From Paragordius varius (Eukaryota > Animalia > Nematomorpha), in contig OZ176050.1 in the NCBI GenBank assembly GCA_964247055.1, positions 6,200,001-6,264,000 of the forward strand: a stretch of 64,000 nucleotides of DNA, read 5' to 3'. The position numbers were made by a program, and so were the translations under genes. The notes beneath the pieces are model-generated. The model did no database searches and was not told where the DNA came from. It saw only the letters and a list, made by a program, of their open reading frames with translations. This document shows positions 53,168-64,000 of the stretch, piece by piece (position 1 is the first letter of the stretch; each line of letters opens with the position of its first letter).

Positions 53168-56100
53168 CTATGCATTAATTAATCATAAAAATATTTAAAT
53201 TTCTTATGTTTAAATGGTTGATGAAAAAATCTTATTAAAGTCGTGTTTGGAATTTCATGAAATAAATTATAATTAAATATAATTAATAAATCACACTTTT
53301 TTTGGAATGCATGATTTAATTATATGGTAAAAGGAAGTCTTAGACATAGCTTAAAATTAATAATTGTCACAAATTCAAATTTAGATTAAACAACAAACCA
53401 AAATAAGTAATTATATTTAACCACTTTTTCATATGATTGCCAAATATTTTGAATAATAATTAGATGTTTAATATTAATTATACATTAGGTAAGTCTTTAC
53501 GCAATGGCTACAATTACCGGCAATACATAAAAAATTGTTTTTCATTATTTTTGAAAATTAATTAGACATTTTTTTATAAATTAAATTTATGATATACTGG
53601 ATTAGTTATAAATAGTAGTATTTTTCAATTTTAAACAGTTATAAATAAAAAATGGTTGAATGCCTAATTTATATCATTATAAAAAAATGAATATGATGAT
53701 ATATTATCCCTCAATTCTATGTTAAATCTAAAATAAAATATATAAAAAATAATTAATCACTATAAATTATTCATTTATTTGACACTAACGATAGCTAGCT
53801 ATTATTGACCATTTCGGTAGGTGAATCGGTTAAGAGAAGATTTAATTTACATGTATGTTGCCATGTATATGATTTTTAGTTTTTTAATAGTTAAATTTTT
53901 GAAAATTAATTACAGTGTTTAATATACAGTGGATTAACACTTGGATACAACACATTCATTTTAGTTCTTCGATTAGAATTGGGGTAGTTAAATACCCAGG
54001 CCTGTTTAAAATTAAATTCTTTAAAAAATATGGAAAGAATCGTAACCATGGCAAAATTTTGCACTTATATAACATTAATAAACCGAAATATATAAAAAAT
54101 TTTATTCAAAAATACATGATATTACTTATTTTAAGCTAAAACGGAAAGGTAAAAATTTAGTCAACGTGACATGTGTGTAATGGTAAAATTGAAAAATAAT
54201 ACAAAATAAACCGCTTTTTCTATTTCTATCAATGTTAGATGTAATTTAAATAAAAAAGCTTTAATTTTACCCTTAAAAATAATTGAAGACGATATTTTGC
54301 AACAAATTTGTAAAATAAAAATGGCGTCTAAGTAGTTTGACATGGAACTTTTTTCCAAAACAAAATTTTAATTAGATATTTTCGCATATTTATATAATTT
54401 TTATTAGGATAGAAGCATAATTTTAAATTGGGACCGTTTCCTTCGGTAGTTTTTTAAAAATCCTAACTCAAATTTAGTCTGGGGTATTTAGATTTTCCAA
54501 TTTGAATCGAAGTGTTAAATAAAAGAATATTTGTAATAAAATATGAATATTAGGAGTAAAGAAATGAATATTAGTGAAAATAAAAAAGAAACAAAGGGCC
54601 ATGGTGAATGAGCAAGCATTACCATATAATAATTATTTTTACTATTAACCAATGAAGAGAAAGAATATTGTAGTAGATGGTATTACAGACTCAATAAATG
54701 CCCTTCTTTTCCTTTTTTTTCTTTCACTAATAGTAAAAAATAATTATTACTATTTAATGGGCATGCTAATATGGCTCGTGCACCATGGCCCTTTGTTTCT
54801 TTTTTATTTTGACTAATATTCATTTTTTTACTCCTAATATTCATTTCTTTACTACAAATATTCTTTTATTTCCACTATGTGACTAATAAAATGAAAAATC
54901 TTATACATGTCAACAGACATGAACAAATTATTAAATTTCCTTTTAGCCAATTAAAAAATTAAAATGACCAATAATAGCTCTCTCGTTACGGTATAATTTA
55001 TAAATATTCTCGCATATATTATGTATATATAAAGCAGTAGATAAAAATAAAGTAACCTCCTTTGACCTCTCCATTGGTACAAATAGCCGACATAGACATC
55101 GACGTTATACAAGTCACCACTACTGAAAGAAGGACAATCAATGTTGCATATCCTATATATGAACATACGATAAAATTTTTGTTATTGATAGCAAAAAACA
55201 ATTTGTATAATAATAAGGTTTTAGATTTTACAACATAATTAACTGTAGACGAAACGAAACGAAGAAATAAAAACGCATATTATATAGTGTATAACAAATT
55301 GATTTTAAAATAATTTAATACGCCACATAACGATAAAATGATAGCGCATTTTAATTTATGACATAAATTATTTCAATCGCTAAACTTGGATATGCGAAAT
55401 CGCTACTATGATAAAAATGATTTATTAACTATCCAATGTCAATTTGATTTAAAAATAAAGAAGAATTTGTTACTGCTAATTAATAATATATAATATTTAC
55501 GAGTAAATGTTAAATATATTCTCTATGTTTCATTACTTAGTCTGGAATGACACACTATAAATTAATCATAATTTATTAGGATATGTTTCTTATGAAAAAA
55601 TTTAAAATATTTACCTAAAAATATCGTTAAATATATTTTTCATTTGAAAAACGGATGGACCAATTTTAATCAATAAATGAATAAATTAAGTTATTTATTC
55701 TAGCGATCTTTAGAGATAGGTACTAGTTAAAAGGGTCAAGTCGAAACAATTTTAATATCTACTCCGATTTAAACAGTAATGGCCACAACTATATTTTGTA
55801 CGAGGATTGTAGTAAAGAGCTATTTAAAAGGACATGACGTTAGCTAAAATGACGAAATACATGTCGATCGTATAGCAAAACAATTCATAAAACGGAGAGA
55901 CTTATTGTGGAATTCAATAAATGCTATTACAATATTATGAAATTTATGCGCAAATTTTGGTTCAGGGATTTTTTTATTGGACCATTTACTGGACTATCAT
56001 AGTTGAGCAATATTATATTGTGATTAAACTGGTCATTTTGATATCCAACGTAAAATCAAATATATTTTTTCCACTCTATGAAAACAGGCCTAACTTACCC

Positions 56101-57355
56101 TTTATTATTTTTAGTGATAGGGCACTTAATTTTATCCAAGTATTTTAAAATATAACATAAAATTTCAACTCATTAGTATTTAAAAATTATTTGGTTATTT
56201 TTGACTTACATTTCATTAATATTTCATAATTATAATATAAATTTTGAATATAAACTACTAAACCCAAATACCCTTAAAACAAATATGAAATACATATAAG
56301 AAAATATTAATTTGTTTTTTGTTCCAATGTTATAAAAAAACCGATAAATTATAAAAACAAATATATATATGCATGAGACAAAATAGTTATCCATAAAAAT
56401 AAATTAGATGAAAGATATAAAATTTTAATACAAAACACATAAAAGGACTTAAGGGTAATCCCATCAATACCGTATCATATATGACACAAATATTAAATCC
56501 AAATTGCCGGAAGGCAGTTACTTTGCATATTTTGTTAATAAAAAATGTGTATATGTAATATTTCATCCATAAAATGTAAAATTTGGCCCATAAGGTTGCG
56601 CCAAAAATATGCTAAAATATTGGGATTTATCATATATAAGACATAAAAGTTCTGATTAATTTATATATAAAAATTATCGATATTAAATCAAATTAAGTAA
56701 AAAATTTAACCTATGCCAGCTTGTCCAACAATCCATGAGAGTCGCAGAAAGAGCATAACACCCCAAATATTCAATATACATCGTAACTAAAATTTAAAAA
56801 AGGTTGATATTTTGAAATTCTAAAAAATATTTCGTACCAAAACTCCTTTTATCCATCCAAATTTAGGCCCATGAGATATACCGCGTTCTTCCTCTTTTTG
56901 AGCGATATCTTTTGTTAATATTTCAGTCTTTATATATATTAAAAGTAAACCGATAAACGACGTGAAGGTATATATCCATTCAAACCTTCATGCAGTTCCG
57001 TTAAACTTGGCCGACTACGAATTCGGTTGAGAGAGAACATATCTCTATAGTGATCCAAATGCGGTAGTGCATCGAATGTAGAAATTTTTTTCCTAATAGC
57101 AGTATTTTTATCAGCATCATTATCAATAAATGCTTTGTTAACTGATTCAAGAGGTAAAATAACTTTTTTGGAATTTTTGGGTGATTTATTTATAGTATTC
57201 CTAGATTTTGTTTGTTTAGAACGTAAATGAATATCATTTTGCGTATCTAAACTATATGCATCCGCTAAATCAAAATCTAATGTAGAAATAGGGGTAATGG
57301 AATTATTATCAGAAGATTCAGAACGGGTTTTTAGAGAGGACTTTGCTCGAGACAT
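42358..57355 (-). CDS. NKCC: Na-K-2Cl cotransporter (NKCC, SLC12A1/2/3-like), ~1332 aa, 28 exons
   Basis: Exons 57355-56951, 56927-56838, 56786-56711, 55152-55057, 52531-52392, 51533-51414, 51117-51006, 50911-50784, 50706-50567, 49665-49554, 49425-49318, 49115-48992, 48400-48299, 48133-47978, 47791-47692, 47612-47501, 47415-47284, 46910-46804, 46497-46223, 46172-46108, 45712-45391, 44796-44692, 44602-44412, 44330-44165, 43678-43564, 43470-43384, 43111-42932, 42490-42358 (3999 nt, in frame). Motifs [100 protein letters not shown]. Exons 20-23 are less certain. Confidence 0.93.
45184..45274 (-). mobile_element. 91-bp 3'-terminal fragment of the young Penelope family, in an NKCC intron
   Basis: Reverse complement matches 63610-63700 with 2 mismatches. 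Confidence 0.9.
49760..50420. mobile_element. Two decayed LINE apurinic-endonuclease (APE) fragments in opposite orientation in NKCC intron 9
   Basis: Minus strand gives [22 protein letters not shown] and TQIDFIL; plus strand 50247-50375 gives QVRDV...LLSDHKPL. Arms 49851-49997 and 50246-50396 are diverged inverted repeats. Confidence 0.7.
53927..54877. mobile_element. Tc1/mariner-like foldback element with long TIRs, split by MITE copy 4
   Basis: TA-CAGTGG left end and CCACTA right end; arms ~54518-54663 and ~54721-54870 (ataaaagaatatttg...gggccatggtg / caccatggccc...caaatattcttttat). Confidence 0.65.
53938..54514 (-). mobile_element. TTAA-target (piggyBac-type) MITE, copy 4
   Basis: TTAA-CACTTGGATACAA...TTGAATCGAAGTG-TTAA; intact TTAA duplication at 53934-53937 and 54515-54518. 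Confidence 0.9.
56928..56950 (-). other. 23-nt spliceosomal intron (NKCC intron 1)
   Basis: GTTTACTTTTAATATATATAAAG; removal links exon 1 in frame to ...[11 protein letters not shown]; retention gives a stop at 56939-56941. Confidence 0.85.
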
Positions 57356-57649
57356 TTAAATTTAAATTATACGGGGACTAACATTTAAAGATTAAATGTA
57401 TGAAAAAAATAATTTTGTATGATGTCATAGTTTTCAAATTTTATTAATACGTGATGATCTTTGGGGGTAGTTTTATGTCCTATAGCCGTTAATAAATTTT
57501 AATATTTTAAACATTGGCCTAAATTAAAAATGCTTTCTTTAGCCATTTAAGCGCATGACATAAATAAAAATTTAAAAATGCAAAAAAATCATCATCTCAA
57601 AATTTTTCCTACAACTTTTCTTATTACTTAATTAATCATGAATATGCAC

Positions 57650-57681
<32 letters not shown>

Positions 57682-60299
57682 GGTTATTAATATAAACAAA
57701 TAACTTTAGAAAGCTTTTTTATTGCAATTTACCACAATTTCAGCTGTTTGTTCATTTTTTAGATGTATTAAATAAAAATGTAATTATTATTTATTTACCT
57801 AAAACAGATACCAGGGCAATAATTTATTTGCTACATAAAATTCCAAAATTAAAAACTACAGAGATATATTCTAAGGGTTATTAAACAAATGTTGGCGTTT
57901 AATATTTGACTTTTAACCTCATTATTTTGTTTAATATATTTTAAAATAGATCTAAGGTTAAAATTTAAAAATCTCTATAATCAATATAAAGCTGATATTT
58001 TAATATATTAATAATAAAAATAGTAACTTAGTTAATGTGAAGAAAAAATAATAGTTTTTAATTAGTTTTTGTGATAGTTTTACGTTTCAGAGCGATTGAA
58101 ATTTGAATATCTTAAAATGTATTTAATGTATTAGACGAATTTAAAAATATGAATTCTTTTCTGATAATTTCAGAATTTTGATTAAAATTTAGTCCTCGAT
58201 ATTATCCTAAATAAATACTGTTTTTTTAAAAATATCAGAGTTTTTAGGAAAACGAAATCATGAAAACAAACTCTGAACCGGTGGAAAAATTTAGCTTATA
58301 AAAAAGTGGTTTTATGGTATTTTTAAATTGTTACCATCATGACTCAAAATAGTCTGCAGTATTAACGAAATTTAACTAAGCTTTTTAAAAAATATTATTA
58401 GTTGATATAAAAATTTAGCATAGATGTTTAAAATTATTATCTCGCAATCCCGGCATTATTGCGTTTATTTTAGGAGAACCAGTTTATTTTAGAAGGGCAA
58501 AAAAATTTAAGACTTTCGGAGCCCACATCTAAAAATTATAATTTTTTGAAAATATTATTGTTTTATATTTAGTTGTTTATGATAGTGATATTTTCTGAAA
58601 TGAAGCCTCTAGCTTTCACCAAAAAATCTATTAAAAAAAGTGCGCAAATTTCGCCATTTTCGAAATGGAGCACTTACAACATAATTGCAAATAGCTTTCT
58701 TAAATCAATCATAAAAACCAAAACCAAAAGCACCATGATAATTCTGATATATTTTCCTAGAACACATATATTTTACTACATATATTTTTATATATCTCCT
58801 GGTTTTATGCCCAGTTTTATTTTATTAAAATACTTTTTTGTTTGCACTGTGAATAGAATTTATCTTTTGGAAAAATTTTATTGGATATTTATTTTATTTA
58901 AATGATGGTGAGATATCTAAAACTTTTTCTTTATTCGCTGCTAAGGTTTCTATCACCTCATAATTTTATTATTTGGTCGTCTTTAATAAGTTAAACATAT
59001 ATGTTACAGCAACAGATTTATCTTTTACAACTGCGTCGGTCTTGTATTTGTACAAAAACGATTATATCTGCCTTTATATAAGATTCTGTCATGAAATAAT
59101 AAAATAGCCCCTAATGGTGCCTTAAGACTTTCTAACCTATTGGAAAAGATGGCTATAATTGAATAGTGCCCCTGATATATTGAATTACCAATTATAATCT
59201 CCAAAAATATGTGGTAGACCTGCTTAAACAAATAAATAAGGGTTAAGAGAAATCCGTTGCTGCATTGGAGATTAAAATATATTTACTAGGAATTTCCGTA
59301 AAGATTATCCTGAATTATTTACTGGTTTATCCTTAATTTAAATTTAGGCGATTCCCCATTTAGGACGTATACACCTACAAAACCAGATGAATGGTATACT
59401 TTTTTTAGGTTTCATGGATTCTATTAATATTTTCAATCACATAATCAAGTAGGAGACAGAGTACCTATACGATCATGGGTAATTGCGTATGTTAATCCCA
59501 CTGACATTTTCACTCATAATGCTACCAAAATGCAAATGATTTATATAAGCTTTTTACTTTATAATAGATTTTGTAATTTATTAGTATAGAACAAACATAT
59601 TTTTTATTAACTTAACGTCGTTGGAGATATTTATTTTAATAAAATAAAGCTAAAAATATAAATTCCACGTAGTTTTTTAAACGTATAATCCTGCCGACTT
59701 GATCGACTAATAACCCCTTTACAATACAGAGATATATAACCATAGGGATCATATTAAAAAATATAGTCTAAAATAAAATTTAAAAAAAACTCAATTTAAA
59801 TCCATTAATTGTTAGAAAACTACGATCACAGATTTCGACAGCGTTTATATAAAAAAGGAAACCGATAATGATAATATACCGATTACAACTCGTTAAAAAA
59901 CGGGTCCTTTCCCTTTACAAAAAATAATAAAATAGAAATATTAACAGTAGTATATGGTAAAAAAATAAAGTAGTAAAATATAAATGCTAAATATATGAAT
60001 GAACTTGTTTATTTTCTACCTTTTCCCTATATGCTAGTGTATGATTTTTCCCAAAACTTGTTTAATAAGACATTTAAACAAAGTTAAATTACTAAATAAT
60101 CTTAAAATTAATATTTTAGTTTATTTTTTGTAAATTAGAATAATCCTATTTTTTCTTAACATAATCATATTTTACTCAAAATAAATCACAAAGAAATATT
60201 TAAAGAACATCATAATCTTCAAATAGATAATTAAATAAAAATATAACTAGAAATTAAACTTCTATATTTTATATTCAAATTAAATCATACTTTTTAATC

Positions 60300-60530
60300 A
60301 ATGCCTCGTGAAGGCTTTTGCTGTGAAGGGGATTGGGGAGTCTTCTGCAGACTGAAGCTATCAAGTTAGATTGACCTGATTTCACCCTTGATACTGATAC
60401 TGTTTTTATTATGTGACAAACGGCTACTGAATGGCCAATACAGGAAAAGCTCATAGCCCTATGATAAGGATTTCTATATATATTTTATTCCTTACCATGG
60501 ATCTGGCATTAAATTCACAACTGCTAATTT
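60300..60530 (-). mobile_element. Possible decayed LINE APE N-terminal fragment
   Basis: Locally GC-richer; translates with stops to CEFNARSMVRNKIY..., resembling the APE NARS motif. Weak. Confidence 0.3.
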
Positions 60531-61535
60531 TTTTCATCTAAATTAGCTAGGTAACAATTAGAAAAATAATGATTGTAGTAAATAAACTAAATTGATATGC
60601 AATGTTTTGGAATTGTATATATTTTATAGGAGATCCTAGAACCAACAAATAGGGAATATCCAAAGGTTTTTATAATAAGTTGACTCTTTGTCACTACCAA
60701 GTCAAAAAAATCAATTTTCTTTTTAAACCTAATGCATTTTAATCCAATACAAGAAATTATACATTTTTACAATCATATATGAGGTGGATATATTTGACCA
60801 AATAGTTAAATATGACATCAACATTGTTTAGCCTATTTAAATATAATCACCAATTAATGGTAATAAAATATAAATTCAATATGTAATTAAGTGTTTTTAT
60901 TATCCAGTTAATGACAGAAAAGTTAGAAGATTTATTAATGAATTTTCGTTAGATTCATCTAACTTCTTCGGATTAAGATAAAAATAAATTTAAAATAAAG
61001 ATACAAAATAAAATTATAAAATATTTTATAAAAATAAGGATGTGTATCTATTTATAAAGAAATCCGTTACTGGGTTTACACGATTAATTTCTTTTTGTCT
61101 GTTAATCAATTTATCTTCCTTATTTATATAGTAACTTTCTTTTAATACTCTTCTAGTGTCATTTTTTTCGTTATCTAAGATCTCAACGTTTTCCCAATCA
61201 ATTTTGTGTCTGTACTTGTGTGCATGATATGCAAGTGCCGACACATTTACTTTGTTTCTTCTTTCTGCGGCTTTGTGTTCTTTTATTCGAGTATTTATAC
61301 CTCTTTTTGTCTGTCCAATATAAACATCCTCACAATCATTACATTTGACTTTGTAAACTACAGATTTTTCATCTTGTACCTTTCTGGTGTTGTTTAATAA
61401 TTTATATATGTTATTGAGAGGTTTAAAAATAATATGGAACTTTGATTTTAAAATGTCCTTGATTTTGTAACTGACGTTCTCATGAAAAGGTATCACTAGT
61501 ATTTTTTTATCCTTTGTGTTGTTATCGGTATTACT

Positions 61536-63539
61536 GTGTATATTATTGTTATTAATCTCATTATTCTTTTTATCTTTATTATTTTCATTATTTTACCGAA
61601 CTTTGTCAACTTAACAAAAGAAACATATACGTCAGATCAAATAAAATTCTTAAATAATGGCTTAAAATTTATTCCAAAAGGCAATATTCCAATAAAAACC
61701 TTCACAACAATAATTGAAGCAAACTTACCTCAGGAAGAAAAACACATGAGACTAAATATTTATAATGAACTTATTAAATCATCCAAACAAATAAACACTC
61801 ATAAAATCAATAACATAGTCAAAACCATAAAAACAAAAGAAAAAGTTACATACTTGAAAGCTGACAAGACAAATCAATTGGTCATTATGTACCAGAATGA
61901 TTATGATAAGAAAGCCATCGACATATTGTCAGATAAAAAAACATACAGCGAAATAAAGATTGACCCTACCGAAAAAATTGAAAAAAGTATTACTAAACGT
62001 TTAAAAAAGTTATTATCTACCAAACAAATCAACATAAAAACATACAACACTTGCAAACCACACAACTCACAATGTCCGACGTTTCATGGATTACCAAAAT
62101 TACATAAGAATAATATCCCATTAAGACCCATCACAAATTTTAAAAAATCACCCACATTTAATATTTGCAAACATCTAGCACAAATATTTTCACCCTTATT
62201 AGATAATTATAAACATAGCATAAAAAATAGCTATGAATTGATAGATAAATTAAACGAGATAAATATAGCAAAAAAGTCCATGTGTAGCCTAGACATTGTA
62301 TCTCTTTACACCTCAATACCTCTGAAATTAGCAAAAAAAGCCGTAAAAGAATTTATTGATAAAAACAACACATACTTTAATCAATTAAATATAAACAAAA
62401 ATGCTTTGTTCAATTTAATAAACATAGCCATATCAAATTCATACGTCCAATTCAAGAAGCAAATTTATCACCAAAAAATCGGTGTCCCCATGGGATCTCC
62501 ATTTTCTAGTACAATATCCGAAATAACAGTCAGATACATAGAATCAAAAGTATTTGAAAAAATGGAAAAACCCTACTTTTATTATAGATATGTAGATGAT
62601 ATAATTTGCATAGATAAGGAAAATATTATAAAAAAATTACAAAAACAGTTTAATTGTACTAGCCCTTTACGCTTCACAATAGAAAAAGAAAATAATAATA
62701 AAATCCCATTTCTCGATATATTAGTAACGAGAGACAATGATATTATTAAAACTCAAGTATATTATAAGTCGGATACATACATAATTGATTATACCTCACA
62801 CCACCCTCCAAATTGTTTTAATTCTATAGTACACAGTTTACTACAACGTACCTTATTAATTCCTAATGATTTAAAAATAAAAACTGAACAAACATCGTTA
62901 CTGGTTAAAAAGTTTTTAGAGAAAAATTATCCCCAGCATCTTATTACAAACGCTATAAATAAAATTATGAAAAATAATGAAAATAATAAAGATAAAAAGA
63001 ATAATGAGATTAATAACAATAATATACACAGTAATACCGATAACAACACAAAGGATAAAAAAATACTAGTGATACCTTTTCATGAGAACGTCAGTTACAA
63101 AATCAAGGACATTTTAAAATCAAAGTTCCATATTATTTTTAAACCTCTCAATAACATATATAAATTATTAAACAACACCAGAAAGGTACAAGATGAAAAA
63201 TCTGTAGTTTACAAAGTCAAATGTAATGATTGTGAGGATGTTTATATTGGACAGACAAAAAGAGGTATAAATACTCGAATAAAAGAACACAAAGCCGCAG
63301 AAAGAAGAAACAAAGTAAATGTGTCGGCACTTGCATATCATGCACACAAGTACAGACACAAAATTGATTGGGAAAACGTTGAGATCTTAGATAACGAAAA
63401 AAATGACACTAGAAGAGTATTAAAAGAAAGTTACTATATAAATAAGGAAGATAAATTGATTAACAGACAAAAAGAAATTAATCGTGTAAACCCAGTAACG
63501 GATTTCTTTATAAATAGATACACATCCTTATTTTTATAA
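61536..63539 (+). CDS. Penelope-like RT plus GIY-YIG endonuclease ORF (5'-truncated; first ~20 codons derive from the inverted arm)
   Basis: FHGLPKLHK..PLRPI, SLDIVSLYT, GVPMGSP, YRYVDD, PFLD, VYKVKCNDCEDVYIGQT and HAHKYRH (CCHH); no stops. Confidence 0.93.
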   Translation: MYIIVINLIILFIFIIFIILPNFVNLTKETYTSDQIKFLNNGLKFIPKGNIPIKTFTTIIEANLPQEEKHMRLNIYNELIKSSKQINTHKINNIVKTIKTKEKVTYLKADKTNQLVIMYQNDYDKKAIDILSDKKTYSEIKIDPTEKIEKSITKRLKKLLSTKQINIKTYNTCKPHNSQCPTFHGLPKLHKNNIPLRPITNFKKSPTFNICKHLAQIFSPLLDNYKHSIKNSYELIDKLNEINIAKKSMCSLDIVSLYTSIPLKLAKKAVKEFIDKNNTYFNQLNINKNALFNLINIAISNSYVQFKKQIYHQKIGVPMGSPFSSTISEITVRYIESKVFEKMEKPYFYYRYVDDIICIDKENIIKKLQKQFNCTSPLRFTIEKENNNKIPFLDILVTRDNDIIKTQVYYKSDTYIIDYTSHHPPNCFNSIVHSLLQRTLLIPNDLKIKTEQTSLLVKKFLEKNYPQHLITNAINKIMKNNENNKDKKNNEINNNNIHSNTDNNTKDKKILVIPFHENVSYKIKDILKSKFHIIFKPLNNIYKLLNNTRKVQDEKSVVYKVKCNDCEDVYIGQTKRGINTRIKEHKAAERRNKVNVSALAYHAHKYRHKIDWENVEILDNEKNDTRRVLKESYYINKEDKLINRQKEINRVNPVTDFFINRYTSLFL

Positions 63540-63580
63540 AATATTTTATAATTTTATTTTGTATCTTTATTTTAAATTTA

Positions 63581-63634
63581 TTTTTATCTTAATCCGAAGA
63601 AGTTAGATGAATCTAACGAAAATTCATTAATAAA
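63581..63634 (+). ncRNA. Minimal type I hammerhead ribozyme in the Penelope 3' region (inverted copy on the - strand at ~60931-60984)
   Basis: Stem I ttaat / core CCGAAGA-A / stem II GTTAGA-tgaa-TCTAAC / GAA / palindromic AATT helix III / C (63625) / attaa stem I partner. Penelope-like elements are known to carry such minimal hammerheads. Confidence 0.75.
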
Positions 63635-64000
63635 TTTATTATTAATTTGCTGATATTACATTGTATCATTCTAAAACATACTGATTCAGCCTAATCCATA
63701 AAGTTAGAAGATGTTGTCAATTATACCCTAAGAATTTTGAAGGGCTAAAAAACTATCTTTAAGGGCCGTGCATCATATATAGCGATAAATATTTTATGGC
63801 CTATTCATTGGTAGAAATTGACTCAATATATGTATATTTAAATATTTCAATGCCCTAAATAGGCACTTTTAGGGTCGCGTTGTAAGTATCATTGATATAA
63901 ATATAATGATATGATAATTTTAGCAGACCAATAAAATAAGTAGACAAGGAAATATTCCGTTCATCAAAATTTCCATATCGATCGCGTGATATTCTCTTAA

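Larger units (their letters stand above)
60932..63700 (+). mobile_element. Young 5'-truncated Penelope-like retroelement with an inverted copy of its 3' region at the 5' end
   Basis: Arms 60930-61594 and 62971-63635 (665 bp) look identical as inverted repeats. A 12-bp TSD AAGTTAGAAGAT lies at 60920-60931 and 63701-63712. A 65-bp tail 63636-63700 is also found at 45184. Confidence 0.93.

Noticed and set aside
59020-59520. Possible decayed piggyBac transposase (minus strand ESMKP...KWGI)
   Set aside because: Only two short motif resemblances amid stops; it cannot be supported without a profile search.
60300-60480. GC-richer patch considered as a snRNA, RNase P/MRP or rRNA fragment
   Set aside because: No diagnostic conserved motif of these RNAs; a LINE remnant is a slightly better explanation.
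61026-61496. 156-aa minus-strand GIY-YIG ORF as a separate gene
   Set aside because: It is the inverted duplicate of the Penelope ORF's 3' end.

Overview
Very AT-rich animal (bilaterian, probably protostome invertebrate; inferred) genomic DNA with spliceosomal introns and the standard genetic code. Four multi-exon genes were reconstructed by hand, each with an intact reading frame: an EDEM2-type GH47 mannosidase (+, 13850-21022, 13 exons), an SLC22 transporter (-, 25487-21135, 10 exons), a class A neuropeptide-type GPCR (-, 39419-29187, 7 exons) and an NKCC/SLC12 cotransporter (-, 57355-42358, 28 exons). There is also an orphan ORF pair at 1828-2972. The rest is rich in mobile DNA: a recent Penelope-like retroelement with a 665-bp inverted duplication, a 12-bp TSD and a minimal hammerhead ribozyme (60932-63700); an older Penelope fossil split by a TTAA-type MITE and by a non-autonomous Helitron made of ~576-bp tandem monomers (5905-10800); four copies of the TTAA MITE; hAT and Tc1-like MITEs; and LINE endonuclease fossils. 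The most striking observation is a discrete class of exactly 23-nt GT-AG introns: 4 of 54 modelled introns, all in first or second position, with the next shortest at 45 nt. No tRNA, rRNA or CRISPR features were seen. All gene models and alignments were made by eye.
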